Shown: in pieces, positions 12,936-26,100 of the stretch
Layout: each line of letters starts with the position of its first letter
Position numbering within the stretch: the first letter of the stretch is position 1
Assembly: GCA_051362555.1 (NCBI GenBank)
Contig: CM120641.1
Span: 16,740,001-16,804,000, forward strand
Direction of reading: 5' to 3'
Length of the DNA stretch: 64,000 nt
DNA from: Lingula anatina
Lineage: Eukaryota > Animalia > Brachiopoda
Notes under the pieces: model-generated
The model's input: only the letters and a program-made list of their open reading frames with translations
The model's database searches: none
Told to the model about the DNA's origin: nothing
Program-made: the position numbers and the translations under genes

Positions 12936-14006
12936 TTATTCTCTTGCGGAATTCCCGACAACTCTATTCGGATCAGATCCACCTTCTCTCGGTTCTGGCA
13001 TCACCTGTCTAGATTTGATTCCAATGAGAAGAAAGAACTCCCGTCTGAACCCTTTGCCAGTGAGACAATAAAGAAAAAAATTGATTGAGTGGTTAGTGTA
13101 CACAAGAGAGTCCGTAATGGATTGTAGTAGTTCTTCCAGAGCTCTGTCATGCGGCGTTACCACCCAATATGGGCTGAGCAACAGAACGGTGATACTTGGA
13201 GTCACCAGCACCACAAATGCTAGCGATAGCGCTAACAGCATGTATGTGCTGGACCGGAAATTGGCAGTCTCTGACACTGCTTGGGATGATGAGGAGCCGA
13301 ACAGGTTCTGTCTCTGGTGCTGTGCTTTGTGGAGACCAAATGCAATGAGGGAGTTGAGTATGATGATTGAAAGTATTGGAATGAAAGCGTACAGAATGAA
13401 CCCAATCCAAGACCGTATCACAGTTTCGAAGAACGCGAACTCTTTCCTTGCTACCCCGCAAACAGCCCCCGTGGCGTCATATTGAAAACCCCGAGTCCAC
13501 AGAAGGTGTGAATTCTTAACAAGTAACGCAACAAAAGTTAAAACTACGCAAGAGATTAACGCACGCCTTTTTGTGCACCACAATTTTGCCTTGAATGGGA
13601 AAGTAACGCTGAGGAACCGGTCCACAGTCACAGCCACTATAACCCATACCGCACAGTCGCCGGCGCTGTACAGAAAATAAACATGTAACTTGCACGTCCA
13701 CGGGTGGAGCGCAGTTACGTCAACTGTGGTTAAAGCGCGAATCCACACGGGAAACACACCTAGCACGAGCGTGCTCGTGTCCGCAATTGCTAGATAACGA
13801 AGGTAAATACTTGCTGAGGACGGTCGTAAGGATTTCCCTCTCATCACCAACAGTGAGAGCACATTCCCAGTAATTCCTATTACTAAGAGCATGGGTGGCA
13901 CGCATTTCCATATAATCTGGGCACTGAGATGTTCCGGGTAGACGGTAGCATTCTGAGCATGGGTTGCGTTCATTGTCATTGTAATATTGTCAACCATGGT
14001 GGACAT
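12936..14006 (-). CDS. Intronless class A (rhodopsin-like) GPCR, FMRFamide/peptide-receptor-like, 356 aa
   Basis: Seven hydrophobic segments. TM1 GN, TM2 LAIAD, ECL1 WTC, TM3 DRF, TM5 P, TM6 TP and TM7 NHSINFFLY motifs. N-terminal N-glycosylation sequons NIT, NAT, NAT. Confidence 0.93.
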   Translation of the reverse strand: MSTMVDNITMTMNATHAQNATVYPEHLSAQIIWKCVPPMLLVIGITGNVLSLLVMRGKSLRPSSASIYLRYLAIADTSTLVLGVFPVWIRALTTVDVTALHPWTCKLHVYFLYSAGDCAVWVIVAVTVDRFLSVTFPFKAKLWCTKRRALISCVVLTFVALLVKNSHLLWTRGFQYDATGAVCGVARKEFAFFETVIRSWIGFILYAFIPILSIIILNSLIAFGLHKAQHQRQNLFGSSSSQAVSETANFRSSTYMLLALSLAFVVLVTPSITVLLLSPYWVVTPHDRALEELLQSITDSLVYTNHSINFFLYCLTGKGFRREFFLLIGIKSRQVMPEPREGGSDPNRVVGNSARE

Positions 14007-16990
14007 TTTCCGTCAAGCCTAATTTCTGCACAGTGGTGATTCTGATTCTTTGTGCTAGCATCACTCTCTAATAATGTCCTCTGAATGTTGCGTGATAGAC
14101 AACCTGGAGTATAAGTATATTTACATGTTTACATGAGCTGCTGTGCTTGGAGACACAGAGAATGATGCCCTTAAATGTCAGTTCCATTTAGTATCCCACG
14201 TATCATTTTACAAAACTCTCCTGGATATCCGCGGGCTCATTTATTCCTTTCCTTAGCCACTGCCATCCCCCAGGCGTTTACCTGTCATTAGTCCGTTAAA
14301 ACGACATAAATTGTTTCTCTCACTGTCACTGCTTCAAATACCATCAGCAATCCGTTTTCCCCAGTATATATATAATGCATTGCCAATGACAGTTCGTCGT
14401 GATGCATGTATATTTCTTAGTCACTGATTATCGCGGTGTCAGATTGGCGCGTTCTGTGCTGAACTGCCTTCTGTGTTCTTCTAGGAACGCTAAGCTGTGA
14501 CATGTCTACTTATACTGTTTCAGTCACGTGTGTGTGTGTCTTATAGTAAAGTGTGGTGTCTCTAGTAACGATAACACGCACAGTATCATTGCATGATGAT
14601 TAAGTCGGTCATGGTTATTCTGTTAATTAAAACCGAGTAAGTTTGCAGATGTCTTACCTCTCAGGAACCGTGGGCGTCTGTGGTTCCAGGACTAGATACG
14701 CTCAATGTGTGTTTTATTAGCTAGTAAGTGTATTTGTACATGTATTTACCATACGCCTAACTGAATAAACTTTGTAATCATCCCGCTTACAAGATGATAC
14801 AAATATTTTTGCCGTCGGTTCGAGAAAAACATGTTGATATTTCAGGGTTACTAAAGATTTTATCATGAATTGGTTCGCAAAAGAATGCTTACGCTTAGAA
14901 AGGTACTTCTAGAAATCAATACGATACACATCCGCATCAGGCATTCGACTGATTTTCGATTTACCGTCTTGAAACTGCCCCTTATCTCTAGATCATCATT
15001 CTCCCAATTAGCTTGAAACCGAATCTGGAGTTAAACAAATACAGATTTGACGTACCTGGGATCGTTTAGCAACTCGACACTTTAGCTTTGTCCTATTAAC
15101 GATTGCTACCTGATCCGTGTACATGAAAGGAAACCCACTTCGTCGACTAGAATAATGGGATTTGTTGCCAAAACATGGAAGTATCTTTTTTATTTTTATT
15201 TGTTCGAAACACCTGACAATAATGCAGAACATCTGCCGCTAAAAAGCAATGTTGGGGACAGAAACGAACATTGAAGCACTCTTGATTTTAGTTTGAAGTA
15301 TTCAACATTTTGGATGAAGACGTCTCAAATGATAGGGCGGTCATGAAGACCTTGCCAAAATTCTTAATTTCAGTTTGTTTTCTGTCTCCTTGATCTCATT
15401 TGTGTGATCCAAAAGATATTGGCATATTTTACAATGCACATTTACCGGATGGGGTCATTTACAAACCTGAATTAGTTTAACTGAAGATCGTTACATTTTA
15501 ACTGCCCAATACGTCAATATGCATTGTATGACCAAAAAGGCAAAAATACAGTTAACAGGTATCTGTAAGCATGGTTTTGCTCTTTGAAGAACCAATCTAC
15601 ATTAAAATATGCTCAAATTAACAATTATACCAAGATTCTTGGTTTGCACGCCTAAACCTTAATATATGGCTAATCTGGAAAGAACCAAAGGATCATTTTG
15701 ACACCAACAGATTTTTCTTCTTTCAAGAAACCGCATAAGAAATGCGCGTACGCAAAGAGATAAGTATCCTTAAAAACGGTTGAAAACTGTGGAAAATGTA
15801 GCGTGTTGTTTTCAGAAAGAAGGTCACTTTGATAGAAATTACAGAAGCGATATGCTACTCAAATTTGCAAGGTGGAGAAATTCAATTTAACACTTTTCCA
15901 AATATCTATACAAATACAGTTCGTCTTGGCCGCCTCCTCACTAAGGTCAAGTGGATTTTCAAGCTGTTTTCTTCACGTCCACTCACAGAACTGCCTACTT
16001 TTCCCACAAAACTATTTTCTCGGTGAAAACCTTGTCCCCTTTGGAAACGGTTTGATGTAATTAAATAATCGAAACTCGCCATCCATATCGGTTTTCAAAT
16101 ATCATTTCCTTATCTCGCCATGGGTAATTTCAATATTTTATTCTGATTTTCTTACATATTACAAGCAAGACATACAAAATTTGGATACTGTTAATCAATT
16201 ACAAAATTCAGATACCTCGTTAAGTTACTAAAGACACTACCCCTTTACTATGTGTGTGACACAATTTGACAAACGACACTTGATGCTAACACCAACAATT
16301 AACATTGCAATATTCCCACACTACTACAGTGCGATGGTTATTTGTTTTCCCTTATTCCTTCGAGTGAGTTCTAATTTTATACCTTATCATTTTGGTTTTG
16401 CATCGTGTCTATTAGTTTATATCATAGAAGTAGAAGTATCTACTTCTATGTTTATATGTAATGTAGACTTTGCAATGTTCACCGTAATTGTCATTTAGCA
16501 AACTTTGATGCCGTTCTTATCTTCTTCAGTTTGCTGCAGTGGTGAGAATCCTTTACCTAAAACCAAACAGAACCAAGTTATACGATGGTATACAAACCAA
16601 AATAATAAGATGTTACATAATTTTAAACAATGTCGTTTTAAACAATTGTTTTTACTAGAGGCAAAACACTATTTCAAATGGTAAAAGACGCCTTGACCGC
16701 ATTTTATTTTACTTCCTTTGTATGGAATATTAAAAACGGTTTTCAAGCGCCAGCATAGACTCATAAAATCGGTCGCCCACAAAAGCCACAACTAAAAAAG
16801 AAAATTGGGAGCTGTTTTACAACTGTGTGAGCCACATTTCTGTTTGTATTAAATTTCAACGTTAGTTTTATCATAGAAATAAATATGGTTTTATGTACCT
16901 CAGACAAAGATTGTGGTATTGACGCCGATGCCACCCAACACAATAGCAGCACGTTTAGTATTAAGGTGTTATTTCACATTGATTTATCTG

Positions 16991-17170
16991 GCCTCAGTTT
17001 CACAAAAAAAGCTTAAATCGGTTCTCTGGCTTAGTTGACTAGGATTTCTATGAGAGAGCTGTTACACTGCTCCTGATAGGGCAAGATATGAACATGTGAC
17101 CATGTAACTTTGGTAATTAAGTTCTTAGCCAGGGAACCTGACTTAAGCTTTTTTTTTGTGAAACTGGGGC
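16991..17170. mobile_element. 180-bp MITE, PIF/Harbinger-like with CWG target
   Basis: TIRs GCCTCAGTTTCACAAAAAAAGCTTAA / TTAAGCTTTTTTTTTGTGAAACTGGGGC, flanked by CTG on both sides. Confidence 0.8.
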
Positions 17171-17784
17171 CTGGTCAGGTATGTGTTCAACAGAAACACG
17201 GTATTCGATGGACTGGGAGGAAATAGAAAGTTTTCTTTAATACCGAACATGGATTTACGAAATCTTTTGCATTATTTCCTATCATCACTTATTGTCCTCT
17301 TACGTCATTCCACACGGGTCTCCATTTATCCTGAAGTAATTTGCGACTAATAGTAGGCTGCTGGAATCTTTACATAACTCTTTTAGAATATATGGTCGTG
17401 TCTCCACACCTTATATAATGCCCTCAAGTTTCCAATGGCAACTCTCCATAGTCAGGTATATCAGGGTTCAACGTAAAAAAATAGCTAATGCCCATGATAA
17501 AAGCGTTTCTCATCAAACTGCAACCAGAGATAAAGTGCTTCGCATTTTTTTAAGTTTAAAGCACAAATCATGTATGTATTTACTTATCTGTTCAATAATG
17601 TATCTTTTTGGATACCAATTCTGTAAATCAGATTTGATCATATTAGGCCTATTGTTTTAAAAACCCATAAAAATGAAAAGCTATCTCCATCCATCTAGAA
17701 AAAAAACAACACATTCCTGCTGCAACACACTGGTTTATAACCAGTGCATTTGAAGACAATTGCCTATTCATCTAAATGACAGCT

Positions 17785-18117
17785 TCATATATCAAAACTA
17801 TTCTTCAAAGGGTCAGTTAAGAGTTTTTTGGACGCACTGAGTAAAGAAGCCGGTGATAAAATCTGCTTTACCTTGAATTCATATTTCGCGTATGAGTGCA
17901 GCCCTTGAACTGTATAGCTGTTTCCTTGAACTCCACTAACCACATGGAAGGCGGTCTCGGTGACGCGTCTGTAATATATGGTATATGCTCCCGTGGTTAA
18001 CCCAGATGGCGCTCCCCAGCGTAGCTTCACTGCGTCTTTTCCCTTAACTTCAAGCCTGAGTAGAAGCCTGCGTCTCATGGTCGCCAGGACACAAACCCCG
18101 GTGGTCTTGTAAACCAT
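17785..18117 (-). CDS. Fibronectin type III domain ORF (isolated exon, small gene or relic)
   Basis: AVKLRWGAP...YTIYYRRV...SYTVQGLHSYAKYEFKV matches the FN3 consensus (W..P, Y.I.Y, TV.GL...Y...V). No partner exons could be securely joined. Confidence 0.6.
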   Translation of the reverse strand: MVYKTTGVCVLATMRRRLLLRLEVKGKDAVKLRWGAPSGLTTGAYTIYYRRVTETAFHVVSGVQGNSYTVQGLHSYAKYEFKVKQILSPASLLSASKKLLTDPLKNSFDI

Positions 18118-20122
18118 GCTGTCTCAGCTATCAGGAGGAGGGGGAGGAGGGGAGAGGTTGAGGTGGTGAAATGCTTTGGAAACACTGAACAATGGTTAGG
18201 AGAAATGCAAAACGTATGGGGTGACGGAAGGAAAGTCACGATATGGTGCGGATATCAAATACATATAAAAAAGAGACACAGCACTTTTAGTACCTTGTCC
18301 TGTCACGATCCTCATCCAGGGTTCAACTGATGTCTTGTGTCACCAAATCTTCTGCATCAGTTTGTAAGCAAATGATATGTGTTTGTGACAGATTAAATAC
18401 CCGCGTGCTGCATTGTGCATTATATACATGAAGTGTAATTACTTTATTCTGCGTGTTATCAACGGAGGAAATGATTATTATATTTGTTGCTCTATATGTG
18501 GGATAATTTGCTGTGACTCCGAGTCGTTTTATTAAAACTGGTGGTGTTGGCATAATATATCAACCGCACTACCGAACAGAATTGCATTTTCCTATATTTT
18601 ATCCTTTTTTAGATCTCTATCTCTATTTACCTTTTTTAGATCTCTATTTCATTTATCATTTTCATTTATCTTTCTAACGTTTATCGATTCTTGATGATGT
18701 TGATTTCACTGTTTCTACAAGCACCAAGCTATATGGAATTTGCAACTTATGATTGCATTAGCAGGGAAAATATACGTATTCCGTAGGAGCACAAACACAA
18801 CAGCCCCACGTTTTTTAAACAACAAATACAACCCCTTTATAAAAAAAGAAGAAAAAACAACCACAGAGGTATTTTTCATATATATTTTAAATCACTAAAA
18901 GAGAATTTTTGGCGAATCATGAATCGTGTCCGACCCCTCCCCCCCAGCGCTCCCCCGGCCTTCTAAGCACAGCAAGCGTCTACTGCTCTTAGTAAATTGA
19001 GGGTCGAACCCTCGTTTCCAAAACTCTGATTGACCTCCTTACAGAGATTACTGCATGACGGGCGAGAGGGGCGTGATATATCACTAACTCTGGTTATCTT
19101 TTAAACAAGAGAACAGTCACTCCTGGTTCCTTAAACATGAAGTAGCATTGAATACAACATAAACGGAAGATAAAAAGTGACAGAAGATAGCGAACGAAAG
19201 ATGTTTTTTCTGGTGTAATTTAGCAGTGAATTCAAGGTAAATCGATAATAACATTAATCCTGGTTTAATTGGCTATGACATTCCGGCGTTAATAAATGCA
19301 ACTGAAGAAAGCGGACTTCCGTTTATTTTTTTATGTATCATTTTTTTTATTCTTATTTTGCACCACAGTAAGCGTGAAACAGCGTTTAAAGCAAACTTGA
19401 CACTAATGGATGAGTAATAGTCCCCTTCTAGTAATTCAATTTACCTAAAAGATCCACTGTAAATGTCACGCATGAGTCACTGATATAAAATGACACACAA
19501 CATTATGGCGCGAACAGGTTTTACTAAATGGATGGCACATTCCAATTTGTTTTTCCACTCACTTAAGCCGAATCAAAATGAATATTTTGCAATCCTCTTC
19601 ACGGGACTTTTAACATTTATCTTATTATTTTAGATTTTTGCATCTCTTTGGCAAAGATATATGAGTCCTTGTACATTTTTCATTATGTTAACTGAATGCT
19701 CTATATATCTGTCCAGCACTAAGTAGTACCAGGTAAACAAATGTAGTTGCGTTAACAGGGTTGTAAAAACATGACAAACACAAAACCAATGAATATAATA
19801 TCTAAAATGTGGAAACGAGCTGCAATTGTTCTTCTAAACAACAATTCCACTGAGTAATTGCATGAAGGATTGCAAAAAGTTAAATTCTCAATGTGCTCAG
19901 ACTTTCATGTTGGCCTATGGTTAAACATGTTGTTAAACAACATGATTATTAAAAGCAATGGATATCGATACAAAAAAAGTGTAAATACGGAAGGCCGAAC
20001 ACCACATATACGAGTATATGCATTTTTCTGAGGTTGCAAAATTCGGCAAGAGATGACACCAGTATCAGGACGACTTTGAATCCAGCTCACGACGACTCCG
20101 GCTGATCCCTTGAGCGATGACG

Positions 20123-23100
20123 TCATGGCACATAAGGTCCAGTACCTGTGCAGTTCATCAAACCGGCTCCAGCACTGGACGAGTCCAGTATCGGTTGAAA
20201 TTGAGCCAGAACAATGAAATATGTCAGCACCATGCCCAGTACCTGTAGAAGAAAATTTATGTTACTCAAGAGTAATTCCCCTGATGAGAATAAGAATTCC
20301 CAGGTTGATTAGATTTAATAACGAGAAAAATGCTTCTGAAGCTAGTGCCTCTGAGGTGCCGCCGAGCCGAGCTTTCACATAAAGGTGACTTGTGTAGCAC
20401 TATAAACTGTCGTAACCATATGTGTTCTACCCATGTGTGTAGTAAAAGGAAGGATATTACTTACAGGAATATCACTTTTAGAAACCGAATATCACATCGG
20501 CCATTCCACGAAAAGGGGTACAATTCAAAAACAAGATATGCAGTGATATGAACTTTGCAAAACTGGGAAACTTTTTATATTATTTTAATGATAAGGTATT
20601 CAGAGAGTAGTAGAATTTTAACCAACACCATCACTGCATTTAAAGAAATATGAACGTGTGAACATGGTACAGTTTTTTTTTCGTTAGGGAGGTCATTTTA
20701 ATTATAGTAAGATGTAAGCATGAGGGGATGGCTCAGACCCCAAAATGGCATTCCTCTGAAAAATGGTCAAAAAAAAAAAAAAAAAAAAGATTTCTCTTCA
20801 ATTATAGAAAATGCGGTGCAAACACATTGGTAATAAGTCGGACATTTTCTGTAAATAGAAAGCCTGAGATATTCCAATTAAAATATTTTATTAATCATTG
20901 GGGACAGACTTGCTTTTTTATCATTCTATTTGTTTATGAACAAAGTGCTCTCAATCTATTATGATATGAGCATAGATCAATGAGCACACACATATCCAAT
21001 GTTCAAACGGAAAATGAGTAATTTCGTAACGGAGGTTTTGTCATTAATAGCGATCATGTTTGTTTTGATATTTTTATCTTAAAGTAGACTGTAGAAGCTG
21101 AATTCGGAATTTGTAGTTTTACAGATACGAAAAATATTATATAATAATATAGAAAAATTGATAAAACATGTTTATTCAAACCAATAAATGGCAAATGGTT
21201 ACAACGGGCTGTTTTGCTTACTTTCAAGTACTAAATAAATATATTTACCACTACTGGATACATTTCACCGCTAATATGTTGATCGATGTATCTGTAGAAT
21301 TCACATTCCATATTTTACCAGAGTAAGAGTAAAATTTATAATCTTAGTAACAGAGGTTAGGTAAAACTGTAGTCTAAATTATGCCATGCATTAAAACCGT
21401 TCAAAATCTTTCACAAGAAAAGCTTCACGGTCATTAGATGTTTTTTCTTTCTCTGTAGCGTTCTTGTCGCTCTGTATTTGTAAGTGGCATATTGGTGTCT
21501 AAATAACAAAACATTAAACCTACATGATCGCAGCTATGGGCAATAAAAAAAAAAACACAATAGCCGAGAAAGTTAATGCATACAATCAAGTAGGCCGACA
21601 ATAGACACGTGTTTGTGGATAACTGTCCATTTAAAGTTACTGGAAGCATCTAGAAGATGATAAAAAACTATTATGTGCCACTGAAATAGTAAAAAAGGAC
21701 CCAATAATCCCGTAGTTCTACCTGATAAATATGACTGTTGTTTCAATGGTTACTACATCTCACCATATGTCTCCCGCGAAAAAAAAATGTCTGCTACATG
21801 CACGCCAGTACTGATGTCAGCTAGTAGGGCTTACCATTTTTTTTTTGCCAAGACAGTCCTGAAAACTCCTCAGTTCGGTTCAAATCAGAATGATAAGTTC
21901 AAAAAGGCATCGTCAAATCACAAATAGAAATCAATTCGATTAAACAAATAACGATTTACCCTCGATTTTATAGCAAACTCGAGTTTAAACTTAAATGATT
22001 AACTTATCTTGATAGAATTATCAGCTATAAATATTTTTTTAATACGGGGTAATATCTTTAACAGCAAGCGATAAGAATGCATACTACATCGGAATTAACT
22101 CACAAAACCACAGAAATAACGTTTTAAGGTATTTATTAAATTATTTAATTTATTTACATTTTTATTACAAGTTATTAACATACAGGGTTACTACTTAATA
22201 TGGAATATTATTTTTTGGCTAGTAAATTTTCTACAAAATATTTATTTTCTCTCTTACTCTTTCAAATCCAAAACTGAGGTGTCACTCCATGTGTAGCCAG
22301 GTGTGTTACCTAATTACCACACAACTCTCGAAACAATTGATGCATGCAGTTGCATGTTCTGTGGTCAGAAATGTGAGGGGTGGTCTTATTGGCAATTTCT
22401 GCCCTTGTATAAAAACGCATGGGTTTTGTCAATCTTTGGAGTGAATTTAGAGAAGCAACAAAAAGATCGCTCTGAAACTTGACAGGTGCCTTTGAGAAGA
22501 TATGGTTCGACAGCTGAGCAACGCAGCTTACTATGGGATTCTTGCTCTCAGAGAAAATGGCCAGAAACGAACAACCATTGCCAGACAATTCAACATTTTT
22601 CAGGAACCGTTAGCAAAGCCCTCCAAAGAAATGCCACAACAGGGGCACCTACTCCCATACCTCGACCAGGGTGTCTGCGTATTACACCAAGAAGACAAGA
22701 TCGCCTTCTTCTTAGAGTGCGCCGTGCTGGTCGCACAAAGACAACCAGTGTCCTCAGAAAAGAGTGGTAGAATGTCATTCAAACGCCCATTTCAAGGTCC
22801 CTCATGAACAAGGGATTACTGCAAACCGGTTATTTTGCACGAAGAACAGTAGGGAAATCACTGTTAACAGCAGGTCATATACAGCGATGTCTGCAATGGG
22901 CTGGGGACCACGTGCGTTTGCAGCCAAAACACTGGAATCATGTCGTTTTCAGTGATGAGGTCAGATAAGGATTTTTTGGGATTGACGGTCGATTCCGTGT
23001 CCGCCGACGTGTAGGAGAGGCATAAAACGATGATTGTGTACTGCCTAGGGTGCAAGCAGGGGGTGGTAACGTCTCTGTTTGGGGAGCATTTCATGCCGGT

Positions 23101-26100
23101 GCCCAGAACCAGTTGGTTTTTCTAGGAGGCAGCGGCTGCTGGAGGTCATACCCGCTATTGATGACTTTTCATGATTTACTGTAATGATTTCTTTGACTGT
23201 GTAACATATCACTGTCCGGAGGCTATCATTTTCTTTAATATCTTAGCTTAAAGTTAATACTGCCATCAAACTGTTGATATGGTTTTCTGGGGGTGTTCTT
23301 TTCTTTTGAATGACATCTTATGTCAGATTTGATATTATTGACCAAAATATCTCACAATAGAAGACTGGATATTTTTATCACTCAATGACAAACTTTTTTT
23401 GATGAATCAAGCCAAAAAATATTTAATCAGCACTCAAAAATAACAATGATAAAAAATATTCCATATTAAGTAGTAACCCTGTATTTCGTAACGAAGGTTA
23501 GCATAACGGATTTAAGGTGACACGGATTCTTTTCCGGTTTTTATCCCCGGGATTACTTTGCATACTATTGAATGAAATTTTTAGGAAGAAGTTGGCCCTT
23601 CCTTAACAAAAATGATGTTTTTAACTTTCTAAAGCAACATTTTCTCCAAATTTGGTCTGTTACTGAGGTTAGGCTCTTAAATATGACACCCCAACTTTTG
23701 TGTGTTAACATTCTCTATGATGGAACGCATCATTCAAAATTAACAAATAGCACTGTTTTATTAAATGTCATGTATTATGAGTTTGAAAAATGCACAGGAA
23801 GGCCATTTAAGAGCATTTTCGTTTATTCTTACATTGACTTAAAAAAGCGTTACGGAGGTTAGGGGTTACTGAGCGACATTGATTAAACTATGACGGTGTC
23901 GTAACTAACCAACAAATTTGACAGAGCACACCATGTATGATAAAAAAAGAAACATTAATTCATATTAGTTGAGGACTAAAAACACTAAAAGACGGGAAAA
24001 TACAAACGTTTTCTTGTGGAACCAGCTATAATACCGAAGCGACACGTAGAAATAGTGCTTTTTGCGGGGTTCCCATCAAAGCAAGTGGTACTATATTAAT
24101 TGTTGTTTTTTAAGTAGAACACATCGGGTCCTGCTAAAAAGGCTAAAAAAAGCAAAATTGCAGACACTTTTACTACCGAAAATAAGCTGCGACAGGTATT
24201 ATTCAGAATTGTACCCTTTTTCGTGGAATGGCTAAATGCATTACTTAAAAATTCAACAAAGCGTTTGCAACCTTTATTCATTTAAATTTTGATAACTTGC
24301 TGTTGATATCAATAAATACATGTACAAGTGCATAAAATTGGCATATACAGTTCACTGTAAGTTAAGAAAAATAAAGCTCACCGTCAGAATTGTAGGCCGG
24401 TCAATAACGAACATATTGAATGCACTAAAGCCTATCGGATCTCCTGACAGTTTATTCAGGAACATCTGCATCTGGATTAAAAGCAAGAAAAAATATGTCC
24501 AAATGTGATACAAATACAGGGTTAGAAATAAGATATATAGATCGAATGTCATTTTGCACTACAGAAAAAAAAAAAAACAGTGCGACAACAAAATTTATCT
24601 TATGTAAAGCCTGGGTCACACTGCGCTTGCAACCTTTTGGCAACTTCTTTGCAACCTCAGTCGCAAGGTGGTTGCCATAGGTTTTAAAGTGGTCGCATAA
24701 GGTTGCTAACAGGTCGCCTGCGATCGTTGACACATGAAGGCCATTTTTGTGCACCGACAACCAGTGCGACTAAAGATGAAAATTATCGGTATCCTCAAGG
24801 CTGCCTATCGGTCTCTTCTTGGTTGTCAGTAGGTTGCTATAACCAGCAGCATACTACCGGTATTTGCAATTGCACGGTCGATTGCCGTATTTAGACGACT
24901 GGTCGCTTACATATTTTTTACCAGTCGCAAGTAGTCGGCAGCAGGTCGCTAGAAGGTTGCAGTTGTAATTGCATGGTCAATTGACGGTCTTTAGTATCTT
25001 GGTCGCTAACCGGTTTTTTACCGATCGCAGGCGTTCGAAAATATGTCGCAGGAAGGTTGCAAGCGACTGCAATGAAATAGGCGTAGGATGGTGGTCTATT
25101 TGGGCAAAGCCTTTTTTCATAATTTGTTATGTAAATATCAATTCTAAATATCAAGGTCAGAAATTGCATTTGTTGGCAATATTTTATACCAATTGCCAAA
25201 GCTTTCATATACCAGGTATTTCACACTAACGAAACCAAAAAAAAAAAAAAAAAAAAAAATGTGATGATAAAAGCAATGTACGATTTTTTGACGCTACGTT
25301 TATTTATTTTATCATTTGGCAAAAATCATAGGTAAAATGCCGAAAACCTCAATTATATATCGCTGAATGTTATTTAAAATTTGCAAAGCCATATTATCAG
25401 AGTAAACAATGAAACAAATACACGAATTCAGAGAAAACGGAAAATAAAAGCAATTTAATCAGTAAGGTATAACTGCTATTTAATATCATAATTTCATCAA
25501 TCAAAATTATCCACAAATAATTGAACAAATCGTAAAATGTGTCCAATAGACTTAAATAAAAATAGCTTCAACACAAACAATTTAACATCTTCCCAGTGCT
25601 TGGTATCCTCACTACAAAGATGAGACTGTAAAATTACACGATGCGCATGACTTGTCACGATTTAATTACGTTGTATTGTAAGTGGCAAACGCCTAGGGTT
25701 AAAAAGACAAAGGGAAAACCACACATTCGGTTGCAAATCAGTTGCAAAGCAGTCGGCGACCTGTTAGCAACCGGTTGGATACCACAAGTAGGTTTTTCGG
25801 TAGCCAGGAGGTTATCGGTGCTGCACCGAAAACCGACGCAACCGGATATTAACCCAGCGTTCATTTGGAAACCACTTTGCTAGTTGTTGCAACCGGTCGC
25901 CGACCTTTTTGCAACCGGTGACAGTTGCAAGTCGCAAAGAGGTTTTTTGTTCAGTGTGACCGTAACTGCACAGGCCTTGGGACCTCAAAGAGACCAAGTA
26001 TTTGACCAAGAAAATATTAAAGAGTATTATGAGATTAAAAAGGATTAAAACGTTTATATTTTTATTACAGCAGTGGTTTCGTTAGGTGAGAGTGTAGCCT

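Noticed and set aside
13081-13911. ORFs overlapping the GPCR on other frames and strands
   Set aside because: Shadow ORFs of a real coding sequence. The same applies to the + strand ORFs across 36.7-40.9 kb and 55.5-59.6 kb.
14104-14657. Possible 5' UTR intron of the GPCR (donor GTAAGA at 14657, acceptor at 14104)
   Set aside because: The splice-like signals are plausible but cannot be validated without a reading frame or transcript data.
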